50,827 bases of DNA, from contig DHAP01000051.1 in NCBI GenBank assembly GCA_002397465.1, forward strand, positions 50,545 to 101,371, read 5' to 3'. Both the position numbers and the translations under genes were made by a program. Position 1 is the first letter of the stretch, and every line of letters starts with the position of its first letter. Source of the DNA: Bacillales bacterium UBA4951 (GTDB taxonomy: Bacteria > Bacillota_I > Bacilli_A > RFN20 > CAG-826). The notes below the pieces were generated by a model. The model did no database searches and had not been told where the DNA came from. It worked only from the letters and a program-made list of their open reading frames with translations. Positions 28,782 through 36,059 of the stretch are shown here, one piece after another.

Positions 28782-29054
28782 ATGGATAAAGAAGACGAAA
28801 GATATCTATATAGGGCGAATGAATACCTTCGCTTGCTGAGTAAAGGCGAGGAAGCCTCCTCAATCAGGATGCTATTCATGAAAGAGTTTCCTTCCTTCTG
28901 CCCAAAAAGAGCACGGAAACTCATCGAAGAAAGTCCGATGACCGCTGAAGAGAAAACCATTCTCTTGTCGTCTATGCTCCCGCATAAAAAAAGCCAATTG
29001 CCTGAGGCTGAAGAGTGCTTCGACGAGGAGTGCTCGGAACCTATAAAAAAGTAA
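28782..29054 (+). CDS. Hypothetical protein
   Basis: 90-aa ORF filling the intergenic gap on the same strand as neighbours; no recognisable motif. Confidence 0.55.
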   Translation: MDKEDERYLYRANEYLRLLSKGEEASSIRMLFMKEFPSFCPKRARKLIEESPMTAEEKTILLSSMLPHKKSQLPEAEECFDEECSEPIKK

Positions 29055-29183
29055 ACTTTACATTTATTTAGTAGCGGAAAACCGCGTATTTATTCTAGAA
29101 ATGCGCCTTATTTGGCCAAAATCTATTTTCGTGGGTTTTCGGATATTTACACTTCTGGCAAAAGGGTGATATATTTGCGCCTT

Positions 29184-29879
29184 ATGAAATCAACATTGGT
29201 ATTAATCGGCGGTGGGGAGATCGGACGTGGCGAAACTTTTCCCATCGATAAGAAAATAGTCTCTTTGGTCCGTAGAGGAAACCCGCACGTCCTTTTCATC
29301 GGGGCCGCTTCGGACGACGTCCCATCATATTTGGAAGCCGTCAGAAGGATGTACTCGTCCTTTTGGGCTGAAACCCTTCCGTTCGACTTGGCCGAAAACC
29401 GTCCGGACAAAGAAGAGATGATGAGCGCCATAAGTTGGGCCGATGTTATTTACTTAGGTGGTGGCGACACTCGCAAGCTGATCAAAGCCCTCGATGAGAG
29501 TGGTTTCTCGTCATTGCTCATCAAGGCCATGGACGTAAGAGAAGACTTAGTGGTGGCAGGCCTTTCGGCCGGGGCCAGTTACTGGTTCAAGGAAAGTTAC
29601 GCCGACTGTGACATCATGGAGGGCAAGAGCGACAAAATGGTCTTTCTTCCGTGCTCTGGTTATCTGCCATTCATTTTCACTCCACATGCTGAGCAAGCGG
29701 ATAGGAAGGGGTTTGATAAAGAGCTTAAGGACAGAGAGTTCGGTGAGGCTTATGCCATTTCTGGGAATGCCGCTTTGATAATCACGAGCAAAGGAAACGT
29801 CGCCTTCAAAGGTTCACCGACATCATTCGTCAATCATTACTCAAAAATCGGTCACTCTATTACTAAGAAATCTCTTTGA
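29184..29879 (+). CDS. Peptidase E / S51 (class I glutamine amidotransferase-like)
   Basis: LIGGG, ADVIYLGGGDT, nucleophile GLSAGA, PH; start placed at ATG 29184. Confidence 0.85.
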   Translation: MKSTLVLIGGGEIGRGETFPIDKKIVSLVRRGNPHVLFIGAASDDVPSYLEAVRRMYSSFWAETLPFDLAENRPDKEEMMSAISWADVIYLGGGDTRKLIKALDESGFSSLLIKAMDVREDLVVAGLSAGASYWFKESYADCDIMEGKSDKMVFLPCSGYLPFIFTPHAEQADRKGFDKELKDREFGEAYAISGNAALIITSKGNVAFKGSPTSFVNHYSKIGHSITKKSL

Positions 29880-30148
29880 AAAACCTATCGGTTGCTGGCT
29901 GATAATTACTGATTTTGAAAACTAGGAATGTTCCGATAAGCAGTGGTATTATTCCCATAAATATATCGGTAAAAAAACTGATATATCGGTATTTACATTT
30001 TTTAGCCAACTACGTTGATAATTTATAAATTGCCAAATTATAAGATTCCGTCAAATTATTCCATATTTTGTAAGATTAGGCTTGTTGTGTAGGTAATTAA
30101 TTACCTATATCTTAATGATGCGATTCTTTATTTAAAAAGGAGAACTTT

Positions 30149-31006
30149 ATGAAACGCAAAATCGTCCTTCTAGCCGCTGCTAGCTTGGCTTCATTAGGCT
30201 TAGTCAGCTGCAATTCTACCGAGAACAACACCGGAACCGGCAGAGAGAGCCAAGTCCAGGCTGTCGCGACCACCTTCCAAGAACAGCTCACCAACGCTGG
30301 CTTGAAAGTGACCTATGTCGATCCGAACCCAGACTTCACCAAGACCGAAGGAGCCGTCGCCGGCTATCCTGACGCCACGACCGGTGGAAGCAATGCCCCG
30401 CTCTATACCGCCGCCAGCATTTCCAGCTTCCCAGAATTGCTTTACCGCAGCTCTTTGAAGTACGTCGAGTACTACTGGAACAAAACTGACGGAACGACCG
30501 GTGTCAAAACCCTCACCGATGCCGCCAAACTCGACGATGCCAAGTACATGACCGCCCTCTTCCCGAACGATGGCAACTTCTATGAGATCAAATCCTTCAA
30601 GAATGCCATTGGAACCAAGACCTTCGCGACTGCCGATGTCACCGGAAACGTCAACATGGCCGTCTTCGGAGCCGCCATCAGCAGTGAGACCGTCGGTGAA
30701 ACGACCACCTATTTTGTCAATGCCACCTATTTGACATCCGGCATCACCACGACCAACCTTCTCAACACTGGAAAAGGCGAGCTTCTCTACTACGAGTACA
30801 ACTACGCATCAAATGACAAGATGGGCCCAGGCACCAGAAACTATGGCTGCCGCGTTGACTTCACCGTTGATTTCAGCAATACCTCCATCACCAAAGCCGA
30901 CAAGAGCAAAGTCACCATCACCGAGAAAGGCAACGCCCCGGCCTATACCGAGTATGCCTACCTCACAACCCGTTTGGTTCTCACCAATCTCAAGACTCTT
31001 GGCTAA
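30149..31006 (+). CDS. Lipoprotein with C-terminal PNPOx-like (FMN-binding split barrel) domain
   Basis: Lipobox LVS-C at residue 21; GTKTFATADVTGNVNMAVFG..TTTNLLNTGKGELLYYE..YGCRV matches the pyridoxamine-5'-phosphate-oxidase-like pattern by eye. Confidence 0.7.
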   Translation: MKRKIVLLAAASLASLGLVSCNSTENNTGTGRESQVQAVATTFQEQLTNAGLKVTYVDPNPDFTKTEGAVAGYPDATTGGSNAPLYTAASISSFPELLYRSSLKYVEYYWNKTDGTTGVKTLTDAAKLDDAKYMTALFPNDGNFYEIKSFKNAIGTKTFATADVTGNVNMAVFGAAISSETVGETTTYFVNATYLTSGITTTNLLNTGKGELLYYEYNYASNDKMGPGTRNYGCRVDFTVDFSNTSITKADKSKVTITEKGNAPAYTEYAYLTTRLVLTNLKTLG

Positions 31007-31027
31007 TCGCCGAATCTAAGTCTTCAT

Positions 31028-31061
31028 GAAGCCCCATCCATCATGGTGGGGCTTCTTTTTT
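31028..31061 (+). terminator. Rho-independent terminator
   Basis: GAAGCCCCAT..GTGGGGCTTC followed by T6. Confidence 0.85.
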
Positions 31062-31088
31062 ATGCACCGGTGCACTATTATCTATCTT

Positions 31089-31967
31089 ATGAAAAGGGCT
31101 CGGATTTTTCTTTTAGCGCCAGCTATGATGCTGGTTCTCCCTTTCCTTATGTCCAATTCTCCAGCGCCCACTTATCCTGATATTTCGGCTGATGATCACC
31201 CTTATTCGATAAGGGTCACCAAAACGTCGACATACGAAAGCTCACATCAGCTTTGCGTGAACGTCGATAACAATTCGGATGTGACTTTCTTACCAACCGG
31301 TTTCAGCGTTCACAAAAATGGATTGACCGTTCAAGAATATCCATACGCTTTCGACGTTTCTTATATCAACTTCATCTTGCCAAACACCAGCAGCTCAGAT
31401 CTCGAAGCCTACGTTTATTCTTCCGAAGCCCCCTCTTGGCTAGATGACCCAGAGGCCACTATTTCGCTCATGGGATCGTATGGAACTTTAAACAAAACCA
31501 CTTCGACGTCTTTCATTTGCCCAGAGCCCACTTTGGAGAAATCCGAAGAGACCGGAGATCCGAGCTTTTCCAAATTCTCTACTAACTTTTCCTGGTTCAA
31601 CTTCGCTGATGGCAGCGGATACAGCTCCGTTTATTGCAATAACGTTTTCTCTTATAAGGATAAGGAATATTCATTTTTCACCAAAACATATAAAAACGGC
31701 GGCACTATTGTAACCTACTCGAATAATGTAACCTTCTTAAAGGACGGAGAATCCCCGGAAGTCAGCGATTTCACTTACGTCAGAACGGACTTTTATGATT
31801 CTACGTTTGATGGCAGCGGTTATAGAAAAAGAAACAACGGCTCTTTCTGGGCAAGCTTATTAGCTGGCGGTGGGCTTATCGTCGTCGTAATCGGCCTCAT
31901 CATCTCGATTTTGCTTTTGCTGGGCGTCGTGGTATTCGCTATTGTTCGCGTTTGCAAGAATGCCTGA
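31089..31967 (+). CDS. Secreted Ser/Thr/aromatic-rich protein with C-terminal membrane anchor
   Basis: Signal-like N-terminus MKRARIFLL..LMSNSPAP; C-terminal hydrophobic helix then RVCKNA; start placed at ATG 31089. Confidence 0.75.
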   Translation: MKRARIFLLAPAMMLVLPFLMSNSPAPTYPDISADDHPYSIRVTKTSTYESSHQLCVNVDNNSDVTFLPTGFSVHKNGLTVQEYPYAFDVSYINFILPNTSSSDLEAYVYSSEAPSWLDDPEATISLMGSYGTLNKTTSTSFICPEPTLEKSEETGDPSFSKFSTNFSWFNFADGSGYSSVYCNNVFSYKDKEYSFFTKTYKNGGTIVTYSNNVTFLKDGESPEVSDFTYVRTDFYDSTFDGSGYRKRNNGSFWASLLAGGGLIVVVIGLIISILLLLGVVVFAIVRVCKNA

Positions 31968-32385
31968 AGTGAAAGAAGACGTAAAGCCCGGCTTCGATTA
32001 AGAAGACAGCCAGCGGGATTAAGAAGTAGAGGAGCATGTTCATCGGCTTCGAGATGCCGCTTATCAGGATTCCAATCAAATAAGAGACGGCGTTGGCTAT
32101 CAATGATGAAGCGAAGGCCATGACCGGCTTTTTTGGTTTTAAGAACGAATAGACGGTTCCTTCGATGAGGAAGATGGCAAGCTCCAGATAAAAAACGTTG
32201 GTGCCGACTTTACCGAAATCCGAATAGTAGATGATCATCGACAGGGAGACGTTGGTGATGATGTTGATGATGGCTATTTCCAAGATGAAATAAGGGTCGT
32301 AACGCTTCGAAAAAGCCATGACGACCGGAATTTCGATGGCAAGAGTCAGGAATAGAGCCCCAAAAGTCCCAAGAAGAACATCCAT
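31939..32385 (-). CDS. Multi-pass membrane protein of unknown function
   Basis: About 5 TM helices with polar motifs TLAIE, NIITN, ELAIFLIE, SLIANAVS; start placed at ATG 32385. Confidence 0.75.
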   Translation of the reverse strand: MDVLLGTFGALFLTLAIEIPVVMAFSKRYDPYFILEIAIINIITNVSLSMIIYYSDFGKVGTNVFYLELAIFLIEGTVYSFLKPKKPVMAFASSLIANAVSYLIGILISGISKPMNMLLYFLIPLAVFLIEAGLYVFFHFRHSCKREQ

Positions 32386-32407
32386 GAAGGCATGATAAGG
32401 CAATAGT

Positions 32408-32944
32408 CTAAGAAATGAAACTCACTTTGCCGTTCGAGATGTCATAGACGGCTTCGTCGACAAGAAGGCCGGCTTCGGCTTTTTTCGCCTCGACGCCAGC
32501 TTCATGTCCATTGATTTTTACGGCTTCCGCGTAGTCTTTGGTCGACTTGATCCTGGCTTTTATCTCATCGATGAGCTCTTTTAATTCGGCATTCTCGCCA
32601 TTCTTTTCCAAAGCGGCTCCAACCGCTCCGCAGTTCGTGTGCGACAGTATCAGCAAATAAGAAACATGGAGATGAAGATAGGCGTATTCAATCGAGCCAA
32701 TCGTATCCATCGAAAGAGCCTCGCCAGCCGTTCTGATGGTGAAGAAACTGCCGATTGGCATATCGAAGATGTATTCAGGAACGACCCTCGAATCAGAGCA
32801 AGTCAGGACGATGGCAAAAGGTTTTTGACCATGTTTTGAGGTTTCTTTTATCGCTTCCATGCTCTTTTCGATTGCTGAATTAGCGCCTTTTAGAAAACGC
32901 TGATTGCCATCAACCAAGGCTTTTCTTATGTTCTGCTCTTCCAT
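32408..32944 (-). CDS. Beta-class carbonic anhydrase
   Basis: GNQRF, GQKP, CSDSRV, GSIEYA, HTNCGAV zinc ligands; start placed at ATG 32944. Confidence 0.92.
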   Translation of the reverse strand: MEEQNIRKALVDGNQRFLKGANSAIEKSMEAIKETSKHGQKPFAIVLTCSDSRVVPEYIFDMPIGSFFTIRTAGEALSMDTIGSIEYAYLHLHVSYLLILSHTNCGAVGAALEKNGENAELKELIDEIKARIKSTKDYAEAVKINGHEAGVEAKKAEAGLLVDEAVYDISNGKVSFIS

Positions 32945-33044
32945 GTTTTTTTTCCATTGATGAGACTGATTCATCAACAATCCATTGATTATATGACGAT
33001 TATTATGGATCAAATGCATTTATGCGCCATTTGATTTAAGGATA

Positions 33045-33095
33045 TTGAAAGAAATTCAGAAGATGATAAATTGTAATGGTTCAAATGTTTGAACC
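33045..33095 (+). promoter_or_regulatory. arsR-family promoter with operator GGTTCAAA-tg-TTTGAACC
   Basis: TTGAAA (33045-50), TGaTAAATT (33064-72); perfect 8-2-8 inverted repeat at 33078-33095 over the likely start site. Confidence 0.75.
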
Positions 33096-33113
33096 GAAGA
33101 ACGGAGCAAAAAG

Positions 33114-33470
33114 ATGAAAGAGAACTGTGAAAGTCAAAAACTGGCCGAAGAATTCGCTTCTTGCCAGGAGTCATTCATTGCCTTAGGGGATGAAACGAGG
33201 ATTCACATCATCGTTGAAATGTTGAAGCTCGGAGACAAAAAGGGCATCAGGGTAGGGCAGATATGCCATATCGCGAACCTTTCAAGGCCCGCCGTCAGCC
33301 ATCATATGCATTATCTTAAACAGGCCGGATTCGTCAAAGTCCGCAAAGAGGGCACCAAGAATTATTATTATCTCGATGCCGACCTTGCCTCCTTCCAAAA
33401 AGTGATCGACCTTTGCCATCACGCCATGGAGATGGCCGAGCGCAGCAAAAAAGAAAAAGGCATCGAGTAA
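33114..33470 (+). CDS. ArsR/SmtB family transcriptional regulator
   Basis: ALGDETRIHI, LSRPAVSHH..LKQAG.V..RKEGTKNYY. Confidence 0.92.
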   Translation: MKENCESQKLAEEFASCQESFIALGDETRIHIIVEMLKLGDKKGIRVGQICHIANLSRPAVSHHMHYLKQAGFVKVRKEGTKNYYYLDADLASFQKVIDLCHHAMEMAERSKKEKGIE

Positions 33471-33572
33471 TTTTCTTAATAGAGAGACGAGCTGATTTTA
33501 GCCAACGTCATTTGCGGTTTTTCTAAGCATTGCCCTTTACTAACCATTTCATGGTTGTGTAAAATATCTTCA

Positions 33573-34502
33573 ATGGATTCACTTAAAAGCCTGCTCGATA
33601 AAAAGCAGTACGACTTGATCATCTCTTTGACCGAATGTTCGGAAGACCCGGAGGCGCTCGTTTACCGGATCAGCGCTTATTTGGGCAAGGGCGACGCCAA
33701 GAGCGCCCTTTCGTTGATTCTTAATAACCGTGAGATGCTCTATTCCTTCAATCCGTTCCTCACGATGAAAAGCAATTTTGAGATCCGTTTCATCCTTCAT
33801 CAGTTCGATGAGGCCTACGATGATCTTGAGTATTACCGCAACAGACCATATGTCTCACAGGCCGTCGAAGAATATCTCCGCGACCTTCCGACGATAATCC
33901 GCACCAACGAGAGAAACCAGCAATTGGCTAAAAACTATTCCGAGGAAGACATCGAAAAGATCTTCAAAACCTCGACCGATGACTATGAGGTCCTCTCTTT
34001 ATTGAACTATCTCCAGGGGTCTTCGATCTCCCAATACATCAGCTACGTGAAAGACATTTTGGTCGGCAACAGACATCCGCAGGTGAAAACCTACGCTTTG
34101 CTATTGCTTATCAGCCAGCGTTACCCCTTCGAAGTGACTTTCTCCAAAAACGGGAACGTCTATCACCTTGTCCCTGAGAGATTGACGCCGCCATATACAG
34201 GCGAGACGTTCAATTCATTCGTCTATTTCATCAAAGAACAAGCGGCTGATCCTTCGGTGGCCAACATCGCCCTTTCTTTGCTCAACGACTACATAATCGA
34301 CGTTTACCCCGAAGAGGTCATCACGAAGAAGGACGACCCATTATTGGCGACCTCGCTCATAAAGCTGGCCAGAGAATATCTCCATTCCAGCATCGGAGTC
34401 GAGGGGTACATCGAGAAATTCTCCCTCGACAAGCATGAAGTCGAGGCCCTTGCGAGCCGCATCAAAGGCATTCTCGATTCGGTGCCGACTTTAAAAATTT
34501 GA
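33573..34502 (+). CDS. Conserved helical protein upstream of tig (YsoA-like position)
   Basis: Long helical ORF with TPR-like N-terminus; identity rests on position only. Confidence 0.6.
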   Translation: MDSLKSLLDKKQYDLIISLTECSEDPEALVYRISAYLGKGDAKSALSLILNNREMLYSFNPFLTMKSNFEIRFILHQFDEAYDDLEYYRNRPYVSQAVEEYLRDLPTIIRTNERNQQLAKNYSEEDIEKIFKTSTDDYEVLSLLNYLQGSSISQYISYVKDILVGNRHPQVKTYALLLLISQRYPFEVTFSKNGNVYHLVPERLTPPYTGETFNSFVYFIKEQAADPSVANIALSLLNDYIIDVYPEEVITKKDDPLLATSLIKLAREYLHSSIGVEGYIEKFSLDKHEVEALASRIKGILDSVPTLKI

Positions 34503-34608
34503 TTTTTCTTGAGCATTTATGCCTTTTTGAAGCCTTTTTGTTTGGAAACTATCTTAAGATAGGCTATATTATTCCACGTGCCAATTTTTCTTAGAGGATA
34601 AAACAATA

Positions 34609-35898
34609 ATGAAACACACCGTCGAAACCTTAACTCCGAGTCAGCGCAAAATCGTCGTGAGTGTCGACCAGCCAGTCTGGAAGGCCGCTCAAGACAAGGC
34701 CTTCAACAAAGCCGCCAGCAAGGTCTCCATCCCGGGCTTCCGCCCAGGCAAAGCCCCGAAGGAACTCATCAAAGAGAAGATCAATCCGGAATCGCTATTC
34801 AACGAGGCCATCGAAGAGATCCTCACCCCGGTCTATTCCGAGGTCATCACCGAGGAGAAACTCACCCCGTTCTTCCGTCCAAGCGTCAACGTCACCAAAT
34901 TAAGTGCCGATGAGCTCGAGCTCGTCTACACCGTCACCCTCTTCCCAAGCACCAAACTTGGCGAGTACAAAGGCCTCAAAGCCACCAAAGTGGCCCCGAG
35001 CGTCGATGAAGAAGAAGTCAACGCCGCCATCAAGAAATTGCTCGAAGGCAATTCTTCCTTGGTCTTGGTCGAGCGTCCAGCCAAACTCGGCGACACCGTC
35101 GTCCTTGATTTCGATGGATATCTCCCAGACGAGAAGGGCAATCTCAAGAAGTTCGAAGGCGGAGAAGCCAAGAACTACTCGCTCGAATTAGGATCCCATC
35201 AGTTCGTCCCGGGATTCGAAGAAGCCGTCGTTGGACTAAAGGCCGGCGAGAAGAAAGACATCAAAGTCACCTTCCCAACCAACTACGTCAAGGATTTGGC
35301 CGGCAAAGAGGCCACCTTCAAGATTGAAGTCCACGAAGTCAAAGAAAAACAGACCCCAGCCCTTGATGAAGAAGCCGTCAAAGAACTCAACATCAAAGAC
35401 GTCGACAGCGTCGAGAAACTCAAGGCCCACGAGAAAGAGACCATTCTCAAAGACAAAGTCTCCAAGGCCGAGGCTGACTATTACAACGCCATCATGGCCG
35501 AGATCGTCAAAGGAACCACCTACGTCATCGATGATTCGATCATCGTGAACGAAGCCGCTCAGATGGAAGAGAACCTCAAGAAGCAAGTCGAGCAGCAAGG
35601 GCTCAGCTTCGAGCAGTATCTTGAAATCACCGGCGGCAAAGAGGAAGACCTCAAGAAGACCTACCACGAGCAGGCTGAGAAGAACATCAAAGAGTTCTTG
35701 GCCACCGAGGAGATCGCCAAAGCCGAAAAGATCCTCGTTTCCGATGAGGACGTCGCCGCGGAGATCAAAAAGATCGCCGAGCAATATAAGATGAAAGAGG
35801 ACGAAGTCAAAAACATCCTCTCGAAGAACATGGAGCAGTGGAAAGAGAACCTTCGCCAGAAGAAGATTCACGATTTCATCGTTTCCGTCAGCAAATAA
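34609..35898 (+). CDS. tig: Trigger factor
   Basis: IPGFRPGKAP ribosome-binding motif; FKBP domain (FEGG..LELGSHQFVPGFEE, VTFP..Y..LAGKEATF). Confidence 0.97.
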   Translation: MKHTVETLTPSQRKIVVSVDQPVWKAAQDKAFNKAASKVSIPGFRPGKAPKELIKEKINPESLFNEAIEEILTPVYSEVITEEKLTPFFRPSVNVTKLSADELELVYTVTLFPSTKLGEYKGLKATKVAPSVDEEEVNAAIKKLLEGNSSLVLVERPAKLGDTVVLDFDGYLPDEKGNLKKFEGGEAKNYSLELGSHQFVPGFEEAVVGLKAGEKKDIKVTFPTNYVKDLAGKEATFKIEVHEVKEKQTPALDEEAVKELNIKDVDSVEKLKAHEKETILKDKVSKAEADYYNAIMAEIVKGTTYVIDDSIIVNEAAQMEENLKKQVEQQGLSFEQYLEITGGKEEDLKKTYHEQAEKNIKEFLATEEIAKAEKILVSDEDVAAEIKKIAEQYKMKEDEVKNILSKNMEQWKENLRQKKIHDFIVSVSK

Positions 35899-35929
35899 TA
35901 AGGATTGTCCTTACTTAATTAGCTAACTT

Positions 35930-35964
35930 GCCAAGGCTGGGAAAACACTCCTGGCCTTGGTTTT
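35930..35964 (+). terminator. Terminator after tig
   Basis: GCCAAGGCTGG..CTGGCCTTGG followed by T-tract. Confidence 0.7.
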
Positions 35965-35973
35965 GTTTCTCCG

Positions 35974-36015
35974 TTAGCACTTATCAGTTGACAGTGCTAA
36001 AAGCCCACTTATAAT
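35974..36015 (+). promoter_or_regulatory. CIRCE element (HrcA operator) overlapping the lon promoter
   Basis: TTAGCACTT-N9-CAGTGCTAA at 35974-36000 (consensus TTAGCACTC-N9-GAGTGCTAA); -35 TTGACA at 35988-93; -10 TATAAT at 36010-15. Confidence 0.92.
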
Positions 36016-36059
36016 GAAAAGCGTCGAATTCGAGATATTCACTCATAGGAGGAATTCAA

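Noticed and set aside
29060-29110. Small hairpins (GCGGAAAACCGC) in the intergenic gap
   Set aside because: Short and single-copy; at most a weak terminator.
28048-33470. Integrated prophage or ICE at tRNA-Arg
   Set aside because: No integrase, phage or conjugation genes, and no att duplication seen.
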